Source of the DNA: Glaucostegus cemiculus
Lineage: Eukaryota
DNA length: 64,000 nt
Assembly (NCBI GenBank): GCA_976551045.1
Contig: CDPCPM010000029.1
Span: 40,920,001 to 40,984,000, forward strand
Direction of reading: 5' to 3'
Position numbers and translations under genes: made by a program. Under the pieces are notes generated by a model. It was not told the origin of the DNA, made no database searches, and was given only the letters and a program-made list of their open reading frames with translations. Positions 41,546-54,228 of the stretch are shown one piece after another. The number at the start of each line of letters is the position of its first letter. Within the stretch, counting starts at the first letter, position 1.

Positions 41546-43069
41546 CTTGAAATTCAGCACAAGATATCTTAATAAACCAATTATCTGCATGTTATATTTG
41601 TAACTTCATTGCCACACTGAAGAATCTTATAATTAGGGTATAAATTTTCATGATTTGCCCCCACCGAAATGTACTGTTTTATATTTCTTTGCACTGATAA
41701 TCAACTGCCTACAACTCCCTTCACTCTGCCATGCTGTTTTGCAAGAGGATTGAACCCACGCTGCAACTGTATGTAGCTTTGTTTAAAACACCCAGATTAC
41801 TAAATGCAGTTTTACTTTACATATTTACAAAGAATGCACTTGTTGTATAGTCAATGCACTGTCAATCTACTAGCTTAATTCCTTGGATGAGCAGGGTCAT
41901 CCCATGAGAAGATCAAGTAAACTTAATAGAATTTTGAAGGGAATGACATAAGCACAATGACAAGGCAGGATATCATCCAACAAATGTTTAAACCTCTACT
42001 CCTGACATTCAACAAGGTTACCATCTTCAAAATGCACTTGCAGCAACCTAGGAAGACTTCTCAACAGCATCTCCCAAACTCTAGAACAATGGCAGCAAAT
42101 GTATGGGAACACCTGAATTGCAAATTTCTCTCTGAAGAGGTACACTATGCTGCTTTAGATATAGCTGCTGCTTCAATACCAAGTTTAAGTGCCAGAACCA
42201 CCTACCCATCATCCGCATATGAGTGGTATTCATGAAAGTGACTCACCACCCCTTAAGAGCAATTATGAGTGGATAATAAATGGTCACCTTGCCAATGAGA
42301 CCCAGATCTCATAACAGAGAATCGAGATTCTGAAGGAGTGATTAAAGGTAAATGCTACAGAGACTATCCCCACAGAGTCAAATAGGTAGACATGTTACTC
42401 TGAAAGCAGCAGAAGGTTGGGGGAACAGTAAGTTATTTACATTCTATGCCCTAATGGGATGTGGACATTCACTTGTATATTTTCAAGGCCAGAATGAAGA
42501 TTTTTGTATGTTCATGGATTTAAGTGATTTGGAGATTGGAAGTGACTTTAAGGAACATCACTACTTGTCCTGTTATACAATATTGAATCAAGCTTCAGAA
42601 GCTTATGGACTTCTATTTTATTTATTAAAAACCTTGTACTTGTACAGCAATGCCAAAATGTATTTGAAGTGGGAAACAAAGCAAGTCCAACACTGTTTCC
42701 CATTCACCACACTACCCACCCAGTGGAAAAACTCTTAAAATCTTATGACTTCTATTGCTCTGGTTGCAGTTCTCTATTCCTGGGGCTACCATGCATTAGT
42801 CACCAATGTTCCTCAACTTCTCCAAGTGGTTCATTAAGTATATTTGTATAAAAGACATTTTATCTACCACACTCCTACATTGTATTTTTATTTCAGTATT
42901 TAATGATTACTGAGCAACTGCTCAATAGAGTGGTCAAGCAAATGAAACATTAAACTAATGCACTCCGAAAAAAATGGCACATAATACCTGATGAAACAGT
43001 TCAAAGCAGCAAAGAATTTGCTTTAAAAATAATTAATATACATTTCTTGCAATTGAAAAAAAAGAGTTA

Positions 43070-44112
43070 ATTAGAGGAGAATTCGACCTGGAGGTCAGTG
43101 ACCCATGGTGTTCCACTGGGAGCTATTCTAGGACTCCTGCTCTGTGGTTTTTATAAATGATTTGGATAGGAAGTGGAAGAATGGGTTGATAAGTTTGCAG
43201 ATGATACGTAGGTTGGTTGTATAGTCGATAGTGAAGAAGGTTGTTGTAGGTTGCAACTGGATTTAGAAAGGATGCAGAGATGGGCAGAGAAGTAGCAAAT
43301 GGAATTCAATCCAGAGAAATGTGAAGTGATACACTTTGGAGGAATGAACTTGAAGGCAGAGCACATGGTTAATGGCAAGATTCTTAGCAGTGTGGAGGAA
43401 CAGAGATATCTTAGGGCCCCAAGTACATGCATCCCTCAAAGTTGCTTCACAAGTAGAAAGGGTAATTAAGGAGGCGTATGGGGTGCTGGCCTTCATTAGC
43501 GGGGAAATTGAGTTCAAGAGCCGAGAGGTAATGTTGCAGTTCTACAACACTCTGGTTAGAGCACGCTTGAAATATTGGCTTCAGTTCTGGTCACCACATT
43601 ATAGGAAGAATGTGGAAGCTTTGGAGAGGATGCAGAGGAGATTTACAAGGATGCTATCTGGGTGGGAGAGCGTGTCTTATGAGTATAGGTTGAGCGAGTT
43701 AGGCTTCTTTCTTCAGAGTGACAGAGGATGAGAGGAGATGATAGAGCTATACAAGATGATGAGAGGCATAGACAGCAGACAGCCAGCATCTTTTCCCCAG
43801 GGTGGCACTGGCCAATTCTAGAAGTCACCTGTTTAAGCTGCATGGAGGAAAGTTCAGGGGAGATGTCAAAGCTAGTTGTTGTGTTTTGTTTTTTCACAGA
43901 GTGGTGGCTGCCTGGAATACCCTGCTGTGGGTGATGGTAGGGCTCAATACGATGGGTTCATTTAAGAGACTATTAGGTAGACACATGGACAAAAGAAAAA
44001 TAGACAATTATGGGAGTTGAAGTAAAGAGAAGGATAGGGTTACGGTTTATATAGGTCCGCAAAACATTGTGGGCTGAAGGGCCCGCATTGTGTTGTACTG
44101 TTCTATGTTCTA
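43070..44112 (+). mobile_element. CR1 LINE 3' ~1 kb
   Basis: KFADDT, FNPEKCEVIHFG, DILGPQVHASLKVASQVERVIKEAYGVLAFI, QFWSPHYRK; tail GGGCTGAAGGGCC...(TGTTCTA)n. Confidence 0.9.
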
Positions 44113-44444
44113 GTGTTCAGAAACTGGGTTTGCTTAATCTTTTCTCAAGTTCCAGATCAACTCCATTTTGGACTTGAATGTCCCATGCTTACTAAATGCA
44201 CCCCACAATTGCTAGAACTTCAGTATTTGACTGCCTACCAGCTTAATTCAAAAGGAGAAAATGCTAGAAACACTCAACAGGTCAGGCAGCATCTAGAAAG
44301 GGGAACTGTTAACATTTTTGGTGCAGGACCTTTCATAAAACAATGAACACTAATATTTAAAAACATCACATCATCAGAATAATATTCTGCCTTTGCTCTT
44401 CCTTAAAGTGAATTATGTCACGTTTCCCCACATGACAATCTACC

Positions 44445-44701
44445 TTTTTTAAATTTTTTAAAATTTTATTTACAGAGTGGTAACAGGCCCTTTCAGCCCA
44501 ATGAGTCCACGCCACTCATTTTAAACCCCCAAATTAACCTACCCATCTTTTTTTTTTTGAATGTGGGAGGAAACCGGAGCACCCAGAGGAAACCCACGCA
44601 GACACAGGAGAACGTACAAACTCCTTACAGTCAGCGATGGGAATCGAACCCCGATCGCTGGCGCTGTAACAGTGTCGCGCTAACCGCTACACTATCGTGC
44701 C
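44445..44701 (-). mobile_element. tRNA-derived V-SINE/HE1-like element with CR1-type tail, full length
   Basis: Minus strand: A-box TAGCGGTTAGCG, B-box GGTTCGATTCC, V-core GCGTGGGTTTCCTCTGGGTGCTCCGGTTTCCTCCCACA, tail GGGCTGAAAGGGCCTGTTACCACTCTGTAAATAAAA. Retained CpGs suggest a young copy. Confidence 0.85.
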
Positions 44702-45479
44702 TCAATATGAATAAATTACACTACCTCCTGCAATTCAACATGCTTTTCCAATTCAAAAGCATTTCATAGACAAATGGGAATAATAACCACTGTCATGTTT
44801 TAATACAAAATGTTGGGGGATTTTCAATTCTGATTGGAGCACACACTTCCTGTTCTAGGAACCTTATACAAGGAGTTTCTATAACACACAAACTGGACTT
44901 CAGTGTGGACATTAATCATACCCCAGAATAGCAAGCAGAGCCAAAAGCAGTGTGGAATACGACCATCCACGTGGCCTCTATTGTATTAGTAGCAACATAA
45001 AAAGCTGCATTGCAAAATCAGATTGGCTTTTAAATTATGTTCCTATGAGCAAAAGTAGATACTTTATTTGTACACCATAGCTACATATTCAAAACATTTA
45101 ACTACCCACATATCTTAACTGGTTAATACATGTTCATGACTTGTATCACCACTTATATAATAGTTGTTTGGATGAGAATTCATTGCATGCTTATCTGTAC
45201 CAGGTTATTACCAGATTCATTCCAACAAAACACAGTAGCCTTGTCTTATTAATGTCTGATGTTCCCAAAGGTATATTCTTGTCTCAGTCTATTCCTCCAT
45301 ATCTATAAGTTGATCCTTGGCAACAGAGTACAAGACATCAAATTCCATAAGAAGCAGGTGACACCCAGCTTTATCTCACTACCATGTCACTTAATGCCTC
45401 TACAGTCTTGAAATTACCAAAGGTTTTTGTCCAACATCTGATACTGATTGAGCAGAAATCCAGTTCAGCAGTATATTAG

Positions 45480-46228
45480 GAAGACCAAAGATATAGCTTA
45501 CAATGCCAGCCTCCACTCCCTCACCACCAACTCATCTCTTTCCCCGATAAATGTGAAGACTGGCTCCATTTTAGACAAGGTTGGTTAATCCCAAATTGAG
45601 CAGTGAACCAATATCCCCACCATTAACAAGGCTGCCTACTTCCACTTCCATTAACAGTCCCTGCATTGGGTTAACTACAGCTGAAACCCCAATTCACAAC
45701 TTGTTACTTCTAGACAATGCTGTCCTGCTCCATTCTGGGCCAACCCTTCTTTGATTCTATCTCTGAAGTACTTCAATGAATCAAGGTGCAAACCATCTGG
45801 CAATTCCTTCACTTATCATTCCCATTTGTGTAACACACACACACACATACACCATTTCCTGAGTAAGTCATGCATCATCTTTGTTTTTAAATCTGTCCAT
45901 CATCTCATCCAGTCATCTTTAGGCTCATCCAGTCCTCCTCCCTCATTCATATTAATGCTCCTCCAATTCTGGCCTATTGTTAACCACCAAATTTGTTTGC
46001 TCCACCACTGACAGCCATTGATACAACTGCCAAAACCCTCCTAACTTCTGGCTTTCTGCTCCTAAATATCCCCAACTCTTTCCTCTAAAACGCTTCTTAA
46101 AACCCAACTACTCGACCAAGCTTTTGGTCACTGGCCATAATGTCTTGGTGGCGCAATACAATTTCTTGCTTCATATTATTAATGCAGAGCAGCCAGAATT
46201 TTACATTATACAAGCTATGCAAATACTT
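45480..46228 (+). mobile_element. L2 LINE 3' relic
   Basis: KAAYFH, AETPIHNL..SR remnants and an L2-like end CTTCTTAAAACCCAACTACTCGACCAAGCTTTTGGTCAC. Confidence 0.55.
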
Positions 46229-46862
46229 CAGTCAAAATAGTACAACCTAATAATCATTATGGTAGTTGGTCAGCAGCTGGCATACACTCAACAGCACTGT
46301 AAAGCATTGCAAGCATGAATACCAACCACAGGCTGTTGAACTTCATAGCATGCCATTTTCTGAAGCCAATTACATATGTTATTTCTGTAAACCTTAGATA
46401 CTCAATGAACCATGAAATTTTCCAAATAAGACTTTTGGTATCAAAATTACTCGATAGACAGTAGCTATGCTTTCAAAGCAAAATAGGTCCAGTACAAGGA
46501 AATAATTTATTGTATTGAATCATGGTTGGATGATGACTTTTTTTTAAATATCCCTTTACAATAGACCAACAGCATACTAGTTAGTTTATTCCCTGCTTAT
46601 GCCAGATATCAAATTAAGCTGCAATTACTCAATTGTTGATAGCCCAGAAAGAAATTGCACAAGGATTCCATATCCACTAGTGGTTTATATTTATAGTGTG
46701 TCAAATTAGTTACAAATAGAACACCAAAGCAAAATACTGTCGATGGTAGAAATACAAAATAAATTCATTGCTAAAAGTACTCAGCGAACTGGGCAGAATC
46801 CATGGAGTAAGAAATTGAGTTAATAGTTTGGCTAAGCACCTTATCATCAGAACCTTTCATTC

Positions 46863-47577
46863 TGCCCTCACGAAGAAAGCTCAGAAATGCCTCTACTTCC
46901 TGCGGAGACTGAGGAAAACGAACTCCCATCCCTCCGTCATGAAAACCTTTTATAAAGGGACCATTGAGAGCATCCTAACCCAATGTATCACTGTTTGGTT
47001 TGGAAGCTGTTCAGCTGCTGGGCGGAAGTCCCTCCAGAAGATAGTTAGGGCTGCGGAGTGGATCATAGGTGTCTCGCTTCCATCCCTCGCAGACATATAC
47101 AAAGACAGTTGTGTGAGGAAGACCAAAAGCATAATGGCCGACCCTTCTCATCCCTCCCATCACCTCTTTACAATTTTGCCATCAGGGAGGAGGCTTAAAT
47201 GTATCAGGGCAAGAACGACCAGGCTGAACAATAGCTTCTTTCCGCAAGCCATCAGAACTGCAAACTCTCTCATCCCTCCATCTTCCTTGTTAACACTAAG
47301 AGATGCTAGGTGCACAGAAATGCACCAGCACTTTAAATGCCCGCCACCAGCCCGTTCACCTTAATAACTATTATTTATTTACTGGCCATTTTTAGTTTAA
47401 TCTGCGTATTAATTTAATTTTAACTTCTGTAGTTTTTAATGTTTATTCTGTTAAGTGTGTCTGTGTGTCTCTGTTGGTTGTTACTTAATGGGACGAGCAC
47501 CTGAGGAGGACAGTATCTCGCTCCTATGCATACTATGTATGTATATGGTTGTGACAATAAAACTGATTCTGATTCTG
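46863..47577 (+). mobile_element. Rex-Babar-type LINE, young family copy 3
   Basis: Open ORF ALTKKAQKCLYFLRRLRK...CPPPARSP*; 3' UTR and ACAATAAAACTGATTCTGATTCTG tail as in the copies at 8605 and 37195. Confidence 0.92.
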
Positions 47578-48532
47578 GTGAGTACTTCCTACGATTTTCC
47601 ATTTTTATTTCAGCCTAGTTATCTAAATCTCATAAATGCAAAGCACTTGTACCAAGAATTAAACTCCTAAATCTGTCCTTCTTTGACTCTATATGGCCTA
47701 TTTGTTGCCTGCCTGTCATACAGCACAGAAACAAGCACTTTGGCCCACTAAGTCCATGCCTGTCACAAACCACCCATTTATATTAATCTTCCATTTATCC
47801 CAATCTTTTAAAATTCTCCCCACATTTTAGGGATGTGCAACACAGAAATGGGCCCTTTTAATCTATCTGTCCACACCAATAATGATGCCTATCTCATTTG
47901 TCCACATTAGGTCTGTATCCCTCTATGCTTTTCCTATCCAAGCACATATCCAAATGCCCTTTAAACTTTAATCGTATTGCTTTGCACCCAAACTTAAACA
48001 CCACTGATGATGTATTATACTGGGGAGGTATGGAAGGAAGTAATCAAAAAAAAGGTTAATCAAAGATTGCAAACTTTAATGGCAATAACTGAGATTAGAA
48101 ATTTTGTACAATTTGCTTAAAAATTGATTAAGATCTTTTCAACAATTGTGACCATTCCCAGAATGAGTAATATTAAGTAGGAATGATGAGAAAGTAGAAA
48201 CAGTGCTTCTGCTTTCTATATAAGCTGATCTTTAACAGTTTCAATTTTGTGCCCAAGTGCAAGACTTAAATTAGACTCAAGTCAGAAACTGGAAATATAT
48301 TAAAGACAAATGCAATTTGGCTTATGAGTCAAGTTAAGAAACATTTATGTGACTGCTCTCAAACATACGGTCAGTTTCATCAGTTGATGAGCTAAAGAAA
48401 TAACCAGCCAATACTTTATAAAATCATGGACTCCGATATTTCCTTTAAAACACAGGGTTGATTTTTTTTCTCAATTCACTATTTGTGAGAAAGACTCAGA
48501 GGAAATCTACTTAGCAAGGAGAATACCATATT

Positions 48533-50590
48533 GAAAAAACAAGATGCTGGAGGAACTCAACAGGCCAAGCAGCATCCATGGAGAAAAACAGACGGCCGGC
48601 ATTTTGAGTCAGGACCCTTCTTCAGACCTGAAGATAGGAAAAAGGAAGCCTAATACATGCGGGGGGGAGGGGTGGAAGGAGGAGAAAACAGGGCAGTGAT
48701 AGGTGGACAAAAGTGGGTACAATGTGATTATAGGTAGATGCAGGTAAGAGATAGTAATAGGTAGATGCAGGGAAGGAGGGGAGAGCAGATCCACCAGGGG
48801 ATAGGTCACAGGTATGGAGGCAGCCACCTCATAGGGGGAGGGGTGGAGAGGGAAAAAAAAAAGAATGGACAAGGAGAGAAAAAAAGGCTAGGAAAGGGAA
48901 GAAAGAGACATGGCGGGGGGGGGGGGGTGAGAGGGGAAAGAACGAGTTTGGTTTAAGGTGGGAGAATTAAATGTTCATGCCATTAGGCTGTAACATCCCA
49001 AGGTGGAAAATGAGGTGCTGTTCCTCCAGTTTGCGTTCGGACTTCTGGCAGTGGAGGAGGCCAAGGACTGACATTTCAGTGATGGTGTGGGAGGGAGAGT
49101 TGATGTGACTGGCAACAGGGAGATGCTGATTGCAGTTATGGACGAAGCGCAGGTGCTCTACGAAACTGTCACCTCGTCTGCATTTGATCCCACCAATGTA
49201 GAGGAGGCCACACTGTGAGCACCAAATGCAGTAGATGATATTAAGGGAGGTGCAGGTAAATCTGTCTCACCTGAAAAGGACTGTTTGGGTCCCTGGATGG
49301 AGGTGGTGTAGGGGCAGGCGTTACACCTATGGTGGGAGCAGTGGAAAATCCCTGGGGTAGGACCAAGGTGGGTGGGGAGAGAGGAGTGAACTAGTAAGTC
49401 ACAGAGAGACCAGTCCATCTGAAAGGCAGAAAAGGGTGGGGAAGGGAAGATATACTTGGTGGTGGGCTCCTGTTGGTGACAGTGGAAGTGGTGGATACGT
49501 AGGCTGGTAGGATGAAATGTGAAGACAAGGGAGACCCTATCCTTGTTGGGTCTGGGAGGGGTTAGGGTGAGAGCAGAGGTGCAAGAAATGGCAGAGACGT
49601 GGGTGCAAACTCTCTCGACCACAGCAGGGGGAAAACCACAGTTAGTAAAGAAGCTGGACCTCAGATGTCCCAGAGTAGAAAGCCTCATCATCAGAGCAGA
49701 TGTGGAGGAGGCTGAGAAATAGAGAGAAAGGGACAGCGTCCTTGCAAGAGAGTGTGGGAGGAGCTGTAATCAGGTAGCTGTGGGTTTGTAGAAGGTGTCA
49801 GTGGATAAAGAATCTCCTGAGCTGAAGGGATCGGCAGAGAGGGATTAGAGATAGTCCAAGTGAATTGGAGAGCTGGGTGAAAATTGGTGAAATTTATGAA
49901 ACTGTTGACTTCCGCACGGGTACAAGAGGTGGGACCAATGCAGTCATCAATAGAGCATTGAACGAGTTGAGAGATGGGGCCAGAGTAGGCTTGGAACAGA
50001 GACTATTCAATCTAGCCAGCGAAAAGACAGGCATAGCTGGGGCCCCATGCATGTACCCATGACTACACCCTCAGTTTGTACAAAGTGAGAGGAATTGAAA
50101 GAGGAATTGTTTAGAGTGAGGGTAAGTTCAGCCAGGCAGACACCAATACCAATACTGGAAGGGGTTTGGTTCTGTCTCTGGTCGAGAAAGAAGCGTAGGA
50201 CAGTAAGGCTGTCATGATGGGAAATGGAGATATATATAGGGACTGGATGTCCATGGTGAAGATGAAGTTGTGTGTGCCAGAGAATTAAAGTTATGGAAGA
50301 GTTGGAGAGTGTGTCAGGTGTCACAGATGGAGGTGAGAAGGGATTGGACTGGGGAGAATAGCTCTGAATAGCACACAGAGACAATAGGTCTGACGGGACA
50401 GCCCTTCTTGTGGATTTTGGGGATAGAAGCGGGCAGTCCTAGGTTGCAGGACTATCAAGATGGTAGCTCCCGAGGTGATGAGATCTGTGATGGTGCAGGG
50501 GATAACATCCTGGTGGTCCTCGGTGGGGTCTTGGTCCAGGGGTAGGCAGGAGGAAGTTCTGAGAGTTGGCATCTGGCCTCTGCAAGGTAC
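48533..50590 (-). mobile_element. Penelope-like element (RT + GIY-YIG), degenerate
   Basis: RT remnants PRTARFY, LAELTLTLNNSSFNSSHFVQTEGVVMGTCMGP; linker SLVFTFHPTSL; GIY-YIG (YCIWCSQCGLLYIG at ~49235-49190); terminal repeat with hammerhead-like motif at 48600-48630. Confidence 0.88.
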
Positions 50591-50949
50591 CACACTGCTC
50601 CTGTTTCAGAAGTAGAATAAACTCGAGAAATGAAAAGCCACTTCTGCTCAACCTTCATTAATTTCATGCACTTTGAATTGAAAAAATGCAACAAACATAG
50701 TACAAGTTAATCTGCAGGACAAATAAAAGTGCTCAACTTTTATCTCCACGTCAAAAGATCAAGTTCAACATCAATCATCGATTTGAAGCAAACAGGCAAT
50801 GTGCATATTCTGAGGTAAAGCTCCAAATAGCTGCCGAGTGCTTCAGTGAAGCACAAGGATGGGCCACAAAAAAAAATCTGGAAGAAAAAGATCCTCTACC
50901 AATTTACATAGGACTTTCCCTCAAAAATCAATATTGTAAAAAAAATGTG

Positions 50950-51160
50950 GCTCACTTCCAACCAGACATTGATGATGAAATTCACTACCACCTCCAGTGG
51001 GGCCTTATAATATTCACCCATTCAAGGAATAGAGAATATTCAAAACCAAATAACTCAAATCCTGCGTCAAGAACATGGTCCACTGGACAGCAGTGATCCC
51101 TGCCCTCCTGTATGCTTCAGAGAAATGGACAAATGGGAAGCTCAAAGTCATTTCCACTGT
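50950..51160 (+). mobile_element. RTE LINE relic (continues at ~52380-52565)
   Basis: AVIPALLYASEKWT motif; the downstream piece has RWATSTACLT / HINCMPDTRHLKQALY remnants. Confidence 0.55.
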
Positions 51161-51194
51161 TGGCAACACCACAAAACCCTCCCAATGCATGGGC

Positions 51195-51985
51195 TAGATA
51201 GGCAAACCAGGAGGTCAGGCAGTATCCATGGAAAGAGGGAGTTAACATTTCAGGTTTGAGACCCTTCATCAGAACCAAGAAAGAAAGAAAGAAACAAATT
51301 AGTCTCCCCATTGCATTCCATTTGTTCCACCCATTGCCCTCCCTTACCTCAATGGGTGTAAGGGAGGGAATTTCTCTGATAGAGTGAGTTAATGTGGCAG
51401 TTAAGACTAGTTAAGCTCCTCTGTGTGTAATGTGTTGCTAAGGTTGCAGGCCGGACCATGCAAATGAAAGAAAAAAGGTGGATAAAAAGGGATGGCAAGC
51501 AAAAATAGCCAGTCCTGATACAAACAGAAAGAGTGAATGTTATCTAAAATTGGAGAATTTGATATCAATTCCACAGGCTGCAATATGCCCAGATGAAAGG
51601 CAAGGTGTTGTTCCTTGAACTTACATTGGGCCTTGGGCTCCTGTCACAGTGCGGGAGGCCATAGAGAGATCAGAGTGCAAGTGGGATGGTGAATTAAAGT
51701 GGCAGGCAACTAGAAGCTCAGGGTCACTCCCATGGATTGAGATCAGGTACTCCACAAATCGATCATGGTATGTGTTTGGTTTCTCCAATGTAGAGGAGGC
51801 TGGATTGTGAACCTCTGATGCAGTACACTACATTGAAAAGAGGACAGATCTGGACCAGATCCTTGGACGACAGGAAGAGAAAAGGCAAAAGGACCTCCTG
51901 CGGTTGCATGGGAAAGTGCCACATGGCAGGGAGGAGACAACAGGGATGAAATGGGAGAAATCCCTTCAAAGTGCTGAAAGGGTTA
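51195..51985 (-). mobile_element. Penelope-like element 3' fragment
   Basis: NVVYCIRGSQSSLLYIGETK (GIY-YIG) in ORF 51763-51969; terminal repeat with intact CTGATGA...GAAA core at 51240-51276. Confidence 0.8.
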
Positions 51986-52569
51986 GGGTGTCAATTTGCA
52001 GGCAGCAGGGCAATTCCCCGCCCTTGTTTGTTCTTCCCACCATCTGAGATTATTAGCTTCACTGCTACTTTGATTTGGCCCACATCTTCATTCCTTTAGT
52101 GCTATTCCACTTGCTTTTATGAACCCATGCTGGGGTTATATTAAAGTGTTCAGGCTGAATATCAATTTATTTAAAACCTGTTACTTCATGGGGCTGGCTT
52201 GGGAGGAGGGGATCAGTAATGCTCAGATTAATGGCTCTAGTTTACATTAAAGTTTGTCCCCATTTGTCTGAATTATACTTCAGGGGATTGGTTATTGGTG
52301 GGAAGGGGAGGGAGAGGGGTTTGTTAGGGAGTTTTGGGGCTTTAGGATGACGGTTACATGGTTAGGGTCAGGGGAAGGGAATAAACCAAACACAGTGCCT
52401 CTCCAAAGCTAACATTCCTTGCACACTCAACCAACACTGCAAGGTGGGCCACATCAACTGCATGCCTGACACTAGACACCTGAAACAAGCACTCTACCGC
52501 AAGCTCTAGGAGGCCAGAGCAAATATTTTGAGAATATTCTCAGTCTCCTTGAAAAGAAATGCATCATCA

Positions 52570-54228
52570 GTGCATCTGCCCTCAAGACGAGGCTTTCTGT
52601 TCCAGGACATCTGAAATGTCCTGCTTTTTCAGGAAGTGTGGCTTCCCTTCTACAGTGCTTGATGAAGCCTGACCTCAGATCTCCTGTTTCTCATACTTCT
52701 GCTCTCACCCCTCCTCCTCCCAGACAGAACAGAGATAAGAGTTCCCCAGTCCTTACCCTTCACCTTTTGAGCCTCTGCATCCAGCACACCATCCTTCATC
52801 ACTTCCACCAGCTGCAGCAAGATCCCCACCACCAGCCACATCCCTTTCTGCATTCTATGGAGGCCACTCCCTTCGTGACTCCCTGGTCCACTTCATGCCT
52901 CCCCACCAACACCTCCCTGATCCCTGGCACTTTCCCCTGCCCTTGCAATAGATGTAACACTCATCCTAACAGCTCGTCCCTCACCACCATCCAGGGACCT
53001 AAACAGGCAAAGTTGGGTTCATAAAAGCAAGTGGAATAGCACTAAAGGAATGAAGGTGTGGGCCAAATCAAAGTAGCAGTGAGGCTAATAATCTTCCAGG
53101 TGAGGCAAAGGTTCACGTGTACCTCTTCTAACCTTGTCTAATGCCTTCAGTGCTCCCGATGTGGCCTCCTCTACATCGGCGAGCGTTTTGTAGAACACCT
53201 ACACTCAGTCCACAATGGCCATCCCAAGCTCCCAGTTGCAGACCATTTCAACTCCCCTTCCTATTCCGACACAGACCTGTCCATCCATGGCCTTCTCTAC
53301 AGCCAGGGCAAAACCCAACACAAACTGGAGGAGCAACACCTTGTATGCTGCCTGGGTAGTCTACAACTGGCATGAATATTGAGCTTTCCAATTTTAGGTA
53401 AAACCCGCTTTGCTTTTCCCTCCCTCTTCCCCCCACTTTTCCCTCCTAATTCTCTCGCCCTCCTACTTTTATTCCCTTTCCTACCCCCACCCCAGCTCCC
53501 CCACCGATCTTTGTCCCCTTCCTCCTCCTCGCACCATCCACCCTCCTCCCCACCCCCCACCCCCAAAAAATCTGGTTCCAACTGTCGTTCACCTCTTCCC
53601 TAACGGTTCCCATTCTCATCTCTACTGATCTGAATCCAGTTCTGGTAGTGCTTTGTGTTCCTGCTTATCTCCCTCTAGCAGCTGTCTCCCATCTGCACAC
53701 TCCATTCCGCCCCCCCCCCCACCTCCACCTTGCCCCATCTGTTGTTTTTTTTAAAGTTTTTTTCTCCTTCTCTCTGCATTCCTCCATCTATCAATCACCT
53801 GCCAGTCTTCCAACTCCACCCCTGCTCAGCTTCTCTACCTGACACTACCTACCCGTCATCTCACACCCCTCCTCAGTCCACCAATGACCTCGAACCCTCT
53901 CTCAACACTCCCCTTCTCCTCTTTATACCGGCCATCCCGCCTCTCCACTCTTAGTCCTGATGCAGGGTTTCAACCCAAAGCATTGACAATTTTTTTCCTC
54001 CCAGAGATGCTCGAGGACAAACATTTAAGATTAGAGGGGGAAAATTTAAGGGAAAACTGAAATCTGCATTAAATGGCTCTTTAAAATAGCCACTGAATGA
54101 AACCCATGTTAGAACACAGAGCGCAGTAACAGGCCCTTCGGCCCACGATGTCTGCACCAAACACAATGCTGAATTCCTCCAGCAGATTGTTGCTCCAGAT
54201 TCCAGCATCTGCAGTCTCTTGTGTCTTC
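52570..54228 (+). mobile_element. Penelope-like element 3' half with templated insertions
   Basis: PVLTLH..SLCIQHTILHHFHQLQQDP, PGTFPCPCNRCNT, CSRCGLLYIG, KLEEQHL; C/T-rich UTR; terminal repeat at 53950-54228. Confidence 0.85.

Noticed and set aside
44620-44701. tRNA gene (A/B boxes; also 41281-41350)
   Set aside because: The boxes continue into a SINE core and LINE-derived tail, and I see no complete cloverleaf or adjacent terminator.
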